The notes under the pieces: model-generated
Databases searched by the model: none
Told to the model about the DNA's origin: nothing
What the model saw: the letters and a program-made list of their open reading frames with translations, nothing else
Assembly (NCBI GenBank): GCA_030141605.1
Contig: JAQGDQ010000213.1
Location: 62,001-126,000 of the forward strand
Source of the DNA: Tubiluchus corallicola
Taxonomy: Eukaryota; Animalia; Priapulida
Direction of reading: 5' to 3'
DNA length: 64,000 bases
Program-made: the position numbers and the translations under genes
Part shown: one piece after another, positions 29,934-43,321 of the stretch
Position numbering within the stretch: the first letter of the stretch is position 1
Layout: each line of letters begins with the position of its first letter

Positions 29934-29969
<36 letters not shown>
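27868..29969 (+). mobile_element. Young 5'-truncated CR1/L2-group LINE with 3'UTR, AATAAA, (TA)n tail and 5-bp TSD TAACT
   Basis: Uninterrupted RT ORF. AATAAA at about 29925 followed by (TA)n. TAACT occurs at 27863-27867 and 29970-29974. Confidence 0.9.
27917..29605 (+). CDS. Non-LTR reverse transcriptase (ORF2 C-terminal part, 562 aa; endonuclease domain absent)
   Basis: NYRPIS, QFGFR, FLDLSKAFD, GIPQGTILGPLLF, YADD catalytic motif, KLLGITVD, LWNLLP C-terminal motif. Confidence 0.92.
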   Translation: MPHQHNANIHNIYKNQSVIQSTFSFTSLTEYDIFRILNSLNINKGSGPSDMPIKILKDCASIITPHLTYITNQVLMRSEFPAVCKHTNITPIHKKDAKDDAKNYRPISVVHVLAKVFERVIYNQINHYIENNKLLSNHQFGFRKLHSTIDAIIDATEKWRYNLNKNKYITAAFLDLSKAFDSLDHNLLLDNLRQLGFDYTSLKLINNYLHNRKQRVKVNKHTFSTWDTPQRGIPQGTILGPLLFCLYVNKIHLVLHNSDLTQYADDTTLYTAHADFLTSKNNLEKDITNINAAFNYFSLKMNDDKTEFMVISPKSNDITSNATLKVGDCSIEQAKTVKLLGITVDNKLTWDEQFHQMHNKMALSTTFLRQTRGHLTKKTKILIYKSLILPHYLYGCTLLQNVKYENFRKLNTMQNYALRLIHGYSNKTAKQHAASATSLRTSTKIPILEAYRDYKTLIFLYKYINKLSIPFINNPLAFIPDTTLNTRTYNLKQITVNNKFGNNSISKQAIHLWNLLPSAIKQIESLHHFKKKLKEYQYNRFQLPHCASDTNYTDSTFIYPRP

Positions 29970-29972
<3 letters not shown>

Positions 29973-30129
29973 CTATAAGATTGTTTATCTTGTTTCGGTA
30001 AGAAGATGACCTGAGACTGCTGCTATATCCATACTCGCTGTTTAAGGCGCATGTTGCTGAGCTGTAGAATGAGGTCCCAGCACTTGAACATGAGAGGATG
30101 ATGCACATATTCATCTAGACTCTTACCAC

Positions 30130-30280
30130 TAGTTTCAGTATATTTAATGGCCCAGCTTAAATCTCTCATGGTGGAATTTTTAGTTTAAGGCATTCGAGAT
30201 CACCATTTCAGTATATTTAATGACCCAGCTTAAGTCTGTCATGGTGGAATTTTTAGTTTAAGGCATCCGAGATCACCATT
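30130..30280. repeat. ~70-bp direct tandem duplication inside the old LINE
   Basis: tttcagtatatttaatg..ggtggaatttttagtttaaggcat.cgagatcacca occurs twice. Confidence 0.9.
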
Positions 30281-31454
30281 AGCGAAATACTCGCTAGCCT
30301 CGCTGAGAATATTTTCCATCGTAGTGTTCTACAGAGGGCCACTCTGACATGACTTCAGCTGAAGAATGCCTCATGTAACGTATTGCACGTACCATTGTTA
30401 TCACCGTCAGATAAGGTCTCTATTGATTTTTTGTAAGACCTCGAGAATTCAACCTTTTCTTTTCATTGATGTCTTCCGTGCATTCCTAGAACCAGTTATC
30501 ACAAACCGCTTGAAGAGCTTCTGCAAATTGAGCCTCTAGATACGATTTCTTGCTTACTAAATTGAGATAGCTCGGGTATCGTTTTCTCGCTGTTTGGACT
30601 GCCTTGCATAAAGCTGACAGTTCAGGCATCCAAAAAGGTTTTGTATGTGAACATATTCGTTTTTTGCACAAAGTCTCGTCACTCGCTTCGTTTAACAGTT
30701 GTTTGAACAAGCCCCGTGTTTCTACAGGCTCTCCATCAGTAATCAGATCAGTGAGTTTATTGACATTGCCCGTATTTTATTTTCTAAACAGTCAGACCAT
30801 CTATACCAATTGCTATTTGTTAGAACAAACACTTCATGGAAGTTTTGTTTGGAGGCATTTTGAGCTGCTATGCTGATTATTACTGTATAATAACCCATAA
30901 AAGGTTAATGAAAAAATGAATGAAAAAATTTACAGCATTGGACAGTCCTAAATTTGAAGTGATACATTTGGATTACTGCAAACTGATTATGGTTTTGCTA
31001 CTTTTCACGTGTATTTCCGATTTCTGTACATAAAGGCGCCGTTATTGCTTAACTGAGACAGATGAAGAATCTGACTGTTTGAAAAATAGCTTTCTGCTTA
31101 GAGTAAATCGCAATACAACATCCACTAATGTCCCATCATGCTGGGAGTAAGCTTTTCTCTGAGCTGTGAGAATTATCTCAGTATCTTAGCAGTTGACACT
31201 CCGCCAGCACAAAACCTAAATTGCTTGCCGGGGTGTTGTACAAGAATTATTTTGTATAAACGCAATAATATTAGTTCGGCAAAACGAAATAATAATTGTT
31301 GAATTAATATCGAACATGGAGTTTCGTTATAATTCAATTCAATCTGACGATATTCAGTTCAAAAACAGCCTTCGCAATTATTCGAATTTTTGTGTTGTAG
31401 CAATAACAATAGTTCATGCGACTGTAGCGCTACATGAAATTATTTTTGATCTTC

Positions 31455-31693
31455 ATGGAGCGTTCAGCTTAGAGAGATATTTCGCAAGTTCTTGCGCAAG
31501 TTCTCTGTGAGAGTACACTCGCAAGTGTGAACGGCTTTCCAAATTCTCTCGCAAGTTATTTGCGCAAAAACTCTCAGCAACTCTCACTGAGTTTGCAGAG
31601 AACTTACAAAGCTGTTCACACTTGCGAGTTTACTCTCAGAAAGAACTTGCGCAAGAACCTGCGAGAGAAAGCTCTCTAGTTTGAACGCGCCAT
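31455..31693. mobile_element. Palindromic MITE (PIF/Harbinger-like termini)
   Basis: Left arm atggagcgttcagcttagagag..cgcaagttcttgcgcaagttct..ctcgcaagtgtgaac is the reverse complement of right arm gttcacacttgcgag..agaacttgcgcaagaac..ctctctagtttgaacgcgccat. Arms are about 90 bp. Confidence 0.8.
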
Positions 31694-34600
31694 TAGCGAG
31701 CCCATATGCATCAGTTTTGCATGCACGGCCGTTAAATTTGCTTTACACACTTCAGTACCCTTGTAATTTTCTGTAATTTTACAAGTAAAAATATTATTAC
31801 GACGGCTCCCCCAACTATACATTTTAAAGTTGCGGCCTTTACGAAGTCATTACATAGCGGTGTTGAATACCAGGAATAAAACTGTCACTTTTGAGTGGCC
31901 TCATCGATTCAGCAGGTTTACGGACAGGTGTTTTTACCATCTCAGTACCTGTTCTATAAATCACGTTTCAGGTACACAAACAAGGGAACAAATTGAAAAA
32001 CGCGAACTAAACCCCTGGCGACGAGTATCCACATCGTTGCAGTATAGAGTTTGCAAAATTTAAGAAATAAAATATAATTAAATTTGCGTACAAGTTACCA
32101 TTATGCATTTCAACACTTATTCATAACTGACGAAAAAGCACAAATTACCACTAATAATACCGCAATAATATCACCAAACTTGGAAGAGAAGTACTTCTAG
32201 CAAACCAACTGTTTGTATATAAAACAAAATTTGTTAAATTGTAGAGTGTTGAACACCGAGGAAGAGCAGAACGAAAAGACTAGATTTTAGGTCACGATCC
32301 GCTAAAGGAACTTATGAGAAAATCATGCGCCAAACAAAAAGGGATTTTACTGACAAGTGTTTTGCTTGTTAAAAATGTGACTTTATCAAATCCACTTCCC
32401 TCAATAATGGTTCGGCTCTGTATCCATGCTGGCAAGCATCAAACTATTAGGAACGTCATTTAATTCACATCTTTGTTATTTCATATTATCACACTGACAT
32501 GAGTAGTTCCATGCAAAATTGTTGCAAAACTATTTTCAGTGTTCCACGTTGCTATTCGGCTTGGCTTCCTATGCCAATGATAATTACGGCGTCTGCTTTT
32601 AATACTCGTCACGTAACTAATACACATACGCACGCACACACACGCGCACACACAAACACAAACGCACACACACCTTTTGACACTTTTTAGAATTAATCGT
32701 AATTGACTACTTATTACTTATTACTTATTAATTGACTTACTTGAGCAGTGCATACTATCATGTCTATTTAATCCATTTATTAAGCAACAGGCACATTGGT
32801 TAACTTAAAATAATTTGCACACTGTTTGTCACTCTTCTGTTTCTTTTTTTCGCCTCTCCCCCTCCTTCTTGCCTTCTCTATGTTTCTGTTTTCGTTTTCA
32901 CCTTTGTTGCGCCACATCTCATCCACTCACTAGTCTCATATGCATTCGTCCACGTACCCTTATTCACATTTGTCCATTTAATATATATTTGTATGAATGC
33001 ATCTTACGGACCCATCAGATTCAACCTAAAATCTTACATTATTCTATTTGCTTCCATTGCCACATTACTTCTAATAATGTGTGTAGCTGTAACTTCAAAA
33101 CCTATTGAGCAGATAAACTAAAGGCAGGCTCTAAAGAAAATTTTGTTAAATGCGTTTCTTGTGCATTTCTTGTACTAAAACGCGACCCTCTTAAAAATCG
33201 ACACCATGTAGCTGCTCTGTTGCTGCTTCATTTACGTTTTTCAACATTGGCGTGTGCCGTGTGAGACTGATAAAACGACATTGCTTTTCACCCGCTACTT
33301 AATCTGCCTGGCCATACCACGCATTGAAATTATTAATATTACATGGGTTATAAAGCGAATTATTAGTATCTTATTTGACGAATTCCAGAATTGAGCCCAC
33401 TTGGTCAGTCCTGTTGTTGTCGTCCCCTTTGTTGTTATGAACACAGTCAAACTGTGTTGGACGCGTGCCGTCTATCTGACTCAACGTTCCGCGGGAATGT
33501 GACCAAGCTGTCTAGAATAGATTCTTGTTATTATTAAAATTGTCAGGAAATAAGCTTCTGCTGTTTTTTGGATTCATGTAAGGTAAACAAAGTTTATATA
33601 AAACCACCGTTCAGTCGTAAAACTTTTAAACTTGCAGAGGCTATCCTTATATTCATGCTAAACAAAAATATCGTCTGCGAAGTATAAAAAAGTATGTGAA
33701 ATGTAAAGCAGATGACGGCATCTTCACAGTATTAACACAGCGGTAGTACGTTTGTCCGACAAGTGAGACACAAATTTAAACACCAGATACAATTTTAAAA
33801 AGTGATTTAGGCACTCCTGCTCGATTAATTTACTACCTTAATTTACTACCTGTGATTTCATTTTAGTGCAGATAAATAGTATGTTTAAATAATAAATAGA
33901 TGTTTCAATCAAAATAATTTTGCAATCTGATCTCCGTAAAAGCCTTGGCAAGATGCACAAGACTGCTGGCTATACAGTGTAAAGTCAAAGCGCAAAATCT
34001 GAAATGCCACGCGCCGATTTTTGAACAAAATTGCAGCTAAAATAGCAATTCCAATTACAAAGCAGGAAGCGCTTTAATGGGAAGTTAAGAAGCTTTAAAT
34101 ATTAATATACACTATGATCGCATTAAGGTGCAGTGTAATTTAATTCCTTGTGACAGACCAATGTCCATGCAAGACGCTCGTGGATAATTATAACTTGATT
34201 ACGCCTGGTCTACCGCGGTTACTTAAATAGTTTTTGAGTTGTTCACTGTTACGAGTTGATGCCTTAATAACAAAAAAAGCATATGGTTCGCTTAAAGCCG
34301 CTTTGCTGGCAGATAAAAGATGACTATTCTGAAACCACAAGCTGGCATTAAGATAGTACGTAAACGAAGCAAAAACCCTTAATAACAGTCACTGGTATAA
34401 TCGCATTAATTTTTAACACAACAAAATCAGCTATAAAGCAAATCGAACGAATATGTAGTTAGAACTAATGGCTTAGAAGCGATTTATGTGGCGAAATTAA
34501 GTGTTCTTACGTCAACAGTAGTCGCAAACAGATGCGTTAATGTATCCGTGACTTGAATTAAAATAATAAATTAGCGCAAATTATTCTCTTATCAACTGCG

Positions 34601-36165
34601 TAATGAAACAGATTTCTGTCAACTAAAGTAACGCTATAGGTTAATTACTATTCTTTGACAAAGTGGTAATTAACTATCGGTTTTCTTCGGTGCTACGATT
34701 GTCAGTATAGTATTGATGTAAATACAATTACTTTTTGAGGTTTTAGCGGAGATTCGACAATTCGTTTTTATTTGACGTATCAATTATCAAGAAAATCTTG
34801 AAGCCTCTGCAGCGCAACTCGCGACAAATATATACCCTCACTTCTCATAAAGCCGTGTATCAACAGATTTAAAATATTAAATGTTAGACAGTCTAGGTGT
34901 CACGCATCAGTTTTATCTGGCAACAGCAAGCTCGATTTCAGAAACTCGGCGAATTTTGATATTTGCGACCTGTGCACTGAACACGTTAACTTTTAAAAAA
35001 TATACTCTAATAGCGAATTAAACGACAATCAGTACGGTGAATGAATCCACCCAGCGGGTTTTTTTAAAAAGGGTACGGAACTGCGGTATTTTTGCTGCTG
35101 TGAGTTCGTTGGCTCCGCTATCATTAGTGCATCTAGTACAAACACACTCTTCATACTCTTGCTCTTCATAATCAAAATGAGAGTCCTAACACCCGTTGCA
35201 TTATATAATCTTCTGAGTTGAAACGAGGTCTTTGATATTCGTTCTTTATTATTGTTGTTTCTCCGCTACGACGTATATAACTCCAAAACCAGGCTTCCTG
35301 CAATCAGCAAACTCGCAGGGTGTACACCTAGGGGTTCGAACATGACGTAGGCTCAAAGGGTCAAGGACACTAGACATTGGACATATGTTTTAGTTCAATA
35401 TGTTGAGCTTATTAATTTCGTTCAAGCATTCTTAGGGTAAAAAGACAAAGATGTTAATCCTGTACGCCAATAGAGTAAAGTACTCTTGTTTACAAAATAA
35501 CAGTGTCAGAAGTATTTAATGAATGGTTCATTACTTGCTTTGCATGCTGTATGCAAGAAAATTTGAATTATTAGCAAAAACAGTTTAAAAAACAAACTTA
35601 GAAGTTGTTTATTAAATTTTTTTACAAATTTATCAAAAGTTTATATAAATTGTTATTACCAAAATGAACAGCGTTACAGTTACTATTGTTATTATTATTA
35701 CAACCCGATGGTAATAATAATTGTTTGAAAGCACTGTATGAAATATGCTCAATGCTTTTGTAAAAGGAAAACGAGCGGTGGCGCGCTGATGTAAAATGAG
35801 GTGGATGTTTAACATCTGTCATGATAACTCCATGAGTTTTTTATCAGCTTCTCTATAATGCGCGAAATTCATTTCAGCGAGGAAATTTTTCAGCGCGTGA
35901 TTGATACATGTTCCGTGTGCATGTATAGCGATTGCAGTTACTGGTAAATGCATTATTAATTTTAACATTCACGATTTATGCTCAGATGTAAATTGTCACT
36001 GTTGTCAATATTGCAAATTTACAACCATATTCCTCAGTGCTGGTAATGCTGGTTTAGGTCGGTACCTCTGTCTTAAATTCAGTAAAATAAGTAAAAATTG
36101 AATAACTGAACTAAATAAGTGAATAACTGCCGACGTATAGGACAATCATATTATTTACCAATACA

Positions 36166-36705
36166 TGTGTCACTGAGCTTAATTTGTCAATACGAGCAAC
36201 GTGATTCAGCTTAATTATTGTACATTATAATTCATTAGTTTGCTTGTTGTTAAATGTAAAATGTTCTAGTCACGTTTTCATTAACTTGTTGATTTTATTT
36301 GGAAATAGGGAACAAACACGAGGCTTTCACTGGGTAGCATCGCATTTATGCATGTGGACACGTAAAGCCTGTTAGCTAAACGCTAATCAATAAAGAGATA
36401 AATTAGAAGATTTGGGTTAGCTAGCCGACGAATTATATGTGTCACTGTCTCACTGAGCTTAATTTGTCAATATGAGCAACGTGATTTAGCTTAATTATTG
36501 TACATTATAATTCATTAGTTTGTTTGTTGTTAAGTATAAAAAGTTCCGGTCACTTTTTCATTAACTTGTTGATTTTATTTGGAAATGTGGAAACAAACCC
36601 GAGGCTTTGTTTGGATAGCACCGCATTTATGCATGTGGACACGTAAAATCTGTCAGTTAATCAATAAACAAATAAATGAGAAGATTTAGGCTTGCTAGCC
36701 GATAT
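36166..36705. repeat. Two tandem copies of a ~280-bp unit
   Basis: tcactgagcttaatttgtcaata...catttatgcatgtggacacgtaaa...gctagccga appears at about 36170 and about 36450. Confidence 0.9.
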
Positions 36706-37289
36706 ATTACTATCTTTGAATAACAGTAACGAGTAAAAAGTGATTGAAGTCTGTTGTTCTTGATTAAAAAAGCAACTTTTTTGGATTACGCGTTTCCCAT
36801 TGAAAAAATGGATCCATAACGTAAGCCCAAGAAAGTGGCATTATTGTAATTAATGATAGGCACTCAGTTGTTCAGAGTATACAGGTAGTGTTTTGTGGGA
36901 AATGATTGCCACCCCGAAAACAGCTGGCTGGAAATTCAAACTAAAACAAAGATCAGACTGTGCGCGGTTTATAACATACCTGATAATTTTAATTCTGTTA
37001 ACATTGCGGTTGGGCATATTTTAGTTTTTAGAATATTGGCAAAAATATTCTACGCCGTATAATTACTATAACTGAAAACTTGTTACCAAGTGTTTTAACT
37101 GAGTTACTGAAAGTGACGTAACTAACTTCATGAATTATACCTGTACCTCCGCAAGTTTGATCAAGCAAGCTTGTTAATACTCACTCACATCTTTGTACTG
37201 GGTGACTATCATACATTGATTTCACATCTGACGTTCCTAATTATTTCACATCGATTGAACTAGATAGGGCAAAGGTCCTTTCAAAAGGC

Positions 37290-37405
37290 CATTAAAGGGG
37301 CGTTGGGTAGCCCTATTCCCTTAATGGGTTGCCTCTACTGTAGTCATTGAAGGGCCTTGGATAGCCCTACTCCCTTAATGGATGGCCTATGCTGTAGTAG
37401 TTAAA
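37290..37405. repeat. ~54-bp tandem duplication
   Basis: ttgg.tagcccta.tcccttaatgg.tgcct...ctgtagt occurs twice. Confidence 0.8.
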
Positions 37406-38152
37406 GTCATATTAATATAAATGTAATACCTTAATTACCATAACCAAAGCTAATAGCCAAAAAGCTAATAACAAGATAGGACTAATTTGTTACACTTGAG
37501 CCAATTGATCGTGAAATACTGACACAAAATACTGAATATGAAATTATGCTGTAGGAAGAAGTCACTTCCATTATTAAAGACATTTATCCAAATAGAATGT
37601 GAATTTCAACTTTGACGATGCAACAATAAGATAATCTAACAATAAGGTATGCAACAATAAAATAACAATATTTGAAAAGAATTCCTATTCCACTATATTT
37701 GAGAAGGAGGAGGAGTACCTAGCAACCATAATTACACAAAACTATGTGTCAGATATTACACCAACCCCGAAGAAAAAAATTTATATGATCAAGAAACCTT
37801 GTAAGTATTCATGTTGAGAAGCATACCTTGGACCAATGATTATACTAATTTTGCACCTCAGGGAGAAGCGCCACGTGGTGCCAATTTTAGGCATCATAAT
37901 TGGATGAATGGTACGCTTTATTATAAAGCCGGGAAGTTGTAGTTGTGCTTATCGTGATCTAGGTTGTGGTTAAGCTTCTATATAATGATACACTAATAAG
38001 TCAAAGAGTCGAGCAGGAGAATACGAAAGATAGCAAATGGCAGTAATTGCCTCTTTGCTCACGTCTGCAGAAAAATATGTATCATATTTTGCTTGGTGCA
38101 TGCTGTCCATAGTAATGACAAGACCGCCCAATTGCTAATTACAAAATGTATG

Positions 38153-38154
<2 letters not shown>

Positions 38155-38215
<61 letters not shown>

Positions 38216-38220
38216 TATAT
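38155..38220. repeat. (TA)n microsatellite
   Basis: Seen directly. Confidence 0.95.
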
Positions 38221-38529
38221 GTATTGTATGCATATATGCACGAATGTTGACTGATGTAGATGTAGGGCATTTGCATTTAAACATGCATGTGGGTGTTGGT
38301 TTTCAGATACATGTATTTATGTTGTTGTGACGAATTTATGTGCAGGTTGCATATGTTGAGAAAACCATTTTAAAACGAGAAGAGAACAAACATTTTGAGC
38401 TAAACTGGAAAGAAGGCAGCCCAGAATTTCACATATTGGTTGTGCAGGCGGAGTAGATATTAAGGTGGTAAAAGCACCTACCCGTCTACCTGCTGAATCG
38501 TGTAACCAGTGCTAGCTTATTCGTAGTTC

Positions 38530-39112
38530 CAGTGTATGTTAGATCCAGTGTATTTAGAATAACTCTGGTTTACAGAGTGTGTTAAATCTAGTGTGACAAG
38601 AATAACAATAGATTACAGTTTATGTTAAATCAAGTGCGAGGAGAGTAACTATAAATTACACTGTATGTTATATCCATGTGATGATTACAACTAAAGATTA
38701 CAGTCTATGTTAGTTCCAATTTGATGAAAATAACTATAGATTACATCCTGTGTTAGGTCTAGTTTGATGAGAGTAACTGTAAATTACAGCCTACGCGAGG
38801 CCAAGTGCGACGAGAGTAACCAAAGATTACTTAAATGCAGTTTGATTAGAATAACTACAGATTACAGCCTATGTTACGTCAAGTGCAACGAGAGTAACTA
38901 AATAACTAAAGATTACTATCTATGTTAAATCCAGTTTGATGAAAATAACTATAGATTTCAGCCTATGTTAGGTATAGGTTGATGAGAATAATTGTAGGTT
39001 GCAGTCTATGTTAGGTCAAGTGCAACGAGAGTAACTAAAGGTTATTCTCTATGTTATTGTCTATATATTGTCTATGATAGATCCAGTTTGATGAGAGTAA
39101 CTAAAGATTACA
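38530..39112. repeat. ~43-bp minisatellite (~13 degenerate copies)
   Basis: Consensus approximately gattacagtctatgttagatccagtttgatgagagtaactaaa. Confidence 0.88.
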
Positions 39113-40099
39113 GAGTAAAATGCATACATTTCTCTAAATATGATCAAAAGTGTTGGGCTTTTTGATTCTGATTAATTTCAGTCAGGTAAGCCAAGAATGA
39201 AAGAAAGTTCATTTTTTACTTTCTGTTTTAAATACGCTGATGATGGTTTCCTCGATCAGCGTAAACGTGTCGCATTTTGTCAGTGTAAAAACGTTCTGTT
39301 GAGCTTATCATGCCAGAAGATGTGGCCTTTTTTTAACTTATCTGTAAACCAAGGTAATTTTGAAAGTTCTGTAACAACTTCTAGGCGCACTTAAAATCCG
39401 ATTGGATGTTTAGTAGCTTATCCAAGTAGTTCAATCTAGAAGTAGAGTAAATAAAAAGATACGTATTTTTTTAATGTTGCATGTGCTTAGATTAGAAACA
39501 TAAAGTTCAGTTTAAAATACTACCTAGCTTACGACGATGACGAACATAGTATATGTTGAAAGTAGTAGTTTACAATAACGCTAACGATGCTGCTTCACTT
39601 TTTTCACTGAAGGGTTATTTTCCTGATACCCGATTCACTATGTACATTCTCAGAACCAGCTTTGTTGATTGGCTGTATTGACAATGGCTAGTGCATCCCG
39701 TTTTGCTGGCTTTTATCAAGTGATAATTAGTTGTTCAACATCCACCCATGCTAAAAGCACTTAGAACTGACTTCGGAAAAGAATGATTGTTTGTCCATCG
39801 CTGACAACAGTGGTCAAACAATGTATGCGAAATTGGGTCAAGCCTTTAAAAGTGTGTAGACTTCGTTTCATAAATCACGATACTTTCTTACCTTTACGAT
39901 TGAGTTTTAACGACTTGATCCACCTCGCGAAGTGAAGTTGAACACCGTGATTAATCATAAATCCAGATTGAATCTGTATTGCATTTGTGTTAGTCACAAT
40001 GGGAAATTAAATTAGGCGGGGGAAATGTACGAATAGTAATAAAGTAAACAAGTGAAAGTGAACTCTTCTACAAAGAAATGGGAAGTTCAGACAGGAGCG

Positions 40100-40400
40100 A
40101 CACACCTTGGGGTATACAAGCTCATTTAGAATTCAGGCGACGTCTTCTTTGTAACAAGTCATTTATAAAAGAATATAGACAGGAGCCACTGTGGGAATTA
40201 CGGGCAACTACGAAAGAAAAAAGTAACTGCCTTTTTTGAAATGTCGTGCATTGGCATAAAACTTGTCAGAAGCAATAGAAGGAAGCCGTAGTCAAGAAAA
40301 GTCTCTTGCTGGACTTGCATCAGAATTTGCGTTTCCCTACGTAAAAATGGGAGATTTTATAATGTTGGGTTGGTTTTCTAAAATATCCGATTTGAAGCAA
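40100..40400 (+). pseudogene. Possible relic of a BTB/BACK-domain gene
   Basis: Frameshifted translation ..LLCNKSFIKEY..LWELRA..CLF*NVVHWHKTCQK..LASEFAFPYVKMGDF weakly resembles BACK motifs (LF.AV..W; IRFPLM...F). Confidence 0.25.
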
Positions 40401-42055
40401 ATGCTAGGACTATTCAACTATTCAGCTGCCATGGGTTCAACCGGAAACGCAAATGGAGTTTACGACATGTCTGAGGGCGCTGACACAATTACGACTAAAT
40501 TTGACATAAAATTTGCCAATAAAATTTGCCGACAAATTTAGAAACTTTTCGTTTAATTACTTTCTTTTTTGCTGGCGTAGTAATGGTCCATGCACGCCTA
40601 TAACCGACACAGTAAAAACTGTTTCTTCACATTTCGTTGGTTTCTCTTTTTCCACTGTTTGTCTACTTGTCTTTCCCCGTTTTTCTGTTTCTGTCTCTTT
40701 CTTTCTTTTTTTCTCTCTCTTTCTCTCTACTCTGTATATCTTTCTCTTTCTTTCTCCCCCTCTCTCTTTCCCTTTCTCTCTCTTTCTCTCTCTCTCTCTC
40801 TCGTTCTCTTCTCTTCTCGTTGTCTTTGTTTTCCCTTTTGTTAATTAAGCGCAAGTTGGAAATAAATTGCGTTCCAAAAATGCTATAATAGTAGTAAATT
40901 TTTGTTTGCAAGGGAATACGTTAATTATCGGCACCCATATATACTACCCGCATCTCCTACTGAAGACTTAAAATATAACTGGTCGCAATAACCATTGCAT
41001 TGAGTTTCACCACAGTAAATTTATTATGTGAAATAAACGTTTCGCTGAAGAATTGAGGATTTATTGAAGAGAAAACTTATTTCTCTAATAAGGTTTCCCT
41101 AATGGAAGCCAATGCAGTTAATACAGATTTCTCATTTTTGCAGCAAATTTCCTTATGCTGGACTTGTTGAATTTATTTTTTCCTGCAACATTATTTGCAC
41201 ACTTTTCGTGAGACGTACATTTGCAGTTTTTTGGGCAAGTTTTACTGCACGCCCTAGGTGATTAGAAGCTTTCCTTAGGATTTTAGATGTTGTAGTCAGA
41301 TAGTATGTTCTTGATTGTTCAAGCCATTCGACTTGATAAACCTCAACTTGCCGTTAAAATGTAAAACAATTCAGCAGTTAAAAAAGATTCAATCTTTCAG
41401 CGGTAGGGTAAGGACCACAAAGGGACCCTTAAGGAAAAACACCGTTGCAGTGATTTCTCCTTACAAATACTTTTATTAAACGCGATCAAACTTTCAATTG
41501 TAAAACGTTATAATCATTTAAAAAAATAAAAATGGTGGCATAGTATTACAGCAGTGGCATAGTTGGACAGCAAGGTTGAGAAACAAAATACCTTGTCCAA
41601 GTATTTGCAGTTGAACTTCTCATACTTTAAGTGCGTTATATGCAAAAATTCCTATTCAATAACACTCGACGTTAAAAGAATAACAGAACTGAGATGAAGA
41701 GAAACCGAGTTACCCTACATGTGCGATTCAGTTGCGAAAATTACATTAAAACATGATAAAAATATAAAAATCACGATAAAACTACTTGCCATAGTTCACC
41801 ATCTTGCTAAAGTTTTAAAAAAACAACTGTAGCGTCAGCCTGACTGTGAACAACCTAGCAACAAACGCCTAAGATTTGCCTATCGTGAGTTTTCTAACTG
41901 TCCCTCTTTGCTCCAACTTATCCTACTCAATGCCAACACAGTGTCTGAGTTAAAAAACAATAAAAGAGGTTTTAGCAGCTTTCTCAAACGGACTTCGTCA
42001 GCTGTATAGAGAAATACAATATTAAAATGACAATGGGAAATATACGCTGTATACA

Positions 42056-43269
42056 TCGTATACATTAATTTCGCTGGTATAAATATATGGATATATAACC
42101 GAAGGGGCTACAGCTGCGACGACGGCACCATTTTCGACGATATATACGTCAATTGAAAGGTTTCTACCCAAGGGTTCGCACACGGGGGTTTATTTTTCGA
42201 ATCGGGCCCACCGGGAGGAACGGCCCTTTTTTGACAATTTTTCGCAAAAAATTGCAAAACTTATAACTCTTATTTCTAGAGATCCGAAATGGGCCGTGGG
42301 TGGTGCTGGCAATGGTTGAATAGCCCATTCAACGGTGGGTGTAATAGTCATATTTAGATTTCACGGGAGGGCCACCAATGCCCGCTACGGGCATTTTCCC
42401 GGACGGAACCACGCAAATTTTGCTGAAAACTGCTCAAGCAGCCTCCAGAAAAACAAAATTTGTGCAACTGTTTGGGCATGTTGGGGAAAAAAAAGAAGAT
42501 GAAACGGTCCACAAAATGTTGAAGGTTTTACTAGGAGAGATGCCCACTAGACGATACGGGAAGCGTGTATTTCAAACTTCTTTTCAACCCCCCTAAGCTG
42601 CACGCTATTTGGAACATCCATTGTCTTTGAGTTTGAGAAATTTCGCAGCTGTTCCAGGCATTGTTGTCACCCGCCGTTCTAAAGTGGTATAGACTTTACA
42701 GGTAAGTAAGTTGTGTTAGCCTATTACCATGTGAGAAGCGGCAAACAAAACTATATGGAATGTCCGCGCATTATTGATTATTGCTAAACAGACTAAGAAC
42801 ATTTATTATAGCACACAGTTTCGACTTAGTAGAAAATGTTTGGAATGGTTTTGTTGTGATGCTGTGCTGTTGGAGTTGGTGCTGTAGGTATCGTCATCGT
42901 TGCCGCCATCATCATCATCGTCATCAACATCATGATCGCCATGAGAATTGTTGAATTTGATGTGGGTGGCGTGGTGGTGGTGGTGTGCTGTGGGTGTTGT
43001 GCTATGGATGGTGTGGTAGGGTGTGTGTGTTGGTGGTGGAGTGGTATGGGTGGTGTGGTGGGTGTGGTTTAGTGTGGTCTGGGTGATGTGGTATTGGGTG
43101 GTGTGGTCTGGTGTAGTATTGATGGAGTGGTGTGGGTGGTGTGGTGTAGGTAGTTTTGTATGGTGTGGTGTGGTGTGTGGGTGGTGTAGTGTGGGTAGTA
43201 AGATGGGTTGGTATGGTGTGGGTGGTGTGTTCATTTATGCACAAAATTCTTTTTGCGGGGTTTGGCTAG
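42056..43269 (+). mobile_element. Non-autonomous Helitron, copy 1 (contains a GT-rich insert)
   Basis: Starts A|TCgtatacattaatttcgctgg. Ends with an imperfect hairpin gcacaaaa-ttc-tttttgc and CTAG at 43266-43269. Body is homologous to copy 2. Confidence 0.75.
42860..43230. repeat. GT-rich low-complexity (GTG/GGTGT) tract
   Basis: Seen directly. It explains the ORFs at 42806-43244. Confidence 0.9.
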
Positions 43270-43288
43270 TCTATATATTAATTTCGCT

Positions 43289-43321
<33 letters not shown>

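Larger units (their letters stand above)
26620..30730 (-). mobile_element. Old degenerate LINE ORF2 (I-group-like), split in two by a younger LINE
   Basis: Right part: KPFWMPELSALCK.. (30486-30710) and SQVIFLPKQDKQSYS (to 29970). Left part: PGSYR*IAISSYFGNLLERLISNR; DYERAFDRI*IDGLLVK; TGLLQGSALFRLLFIFFVNDM; WCFKWRL; IKYVKPVKMLVVTIDKQLNY; LEYICGLKPLD. These are RT and thumb motifs in the correct order. Confidence 0.8.

Noticed and set aside
33390-33510. Possible LINE C-terminal Cys-knuckle relic
   Set aside because: Only scattered residues match, with no adjoining RT sequence.
35150-35320. Possible GIY-YIG (Penelope) relic on the minus strand (CEFADC..Y..GET..KERI)
   Set aside because: Too short and frameshifted to support a call by eye.
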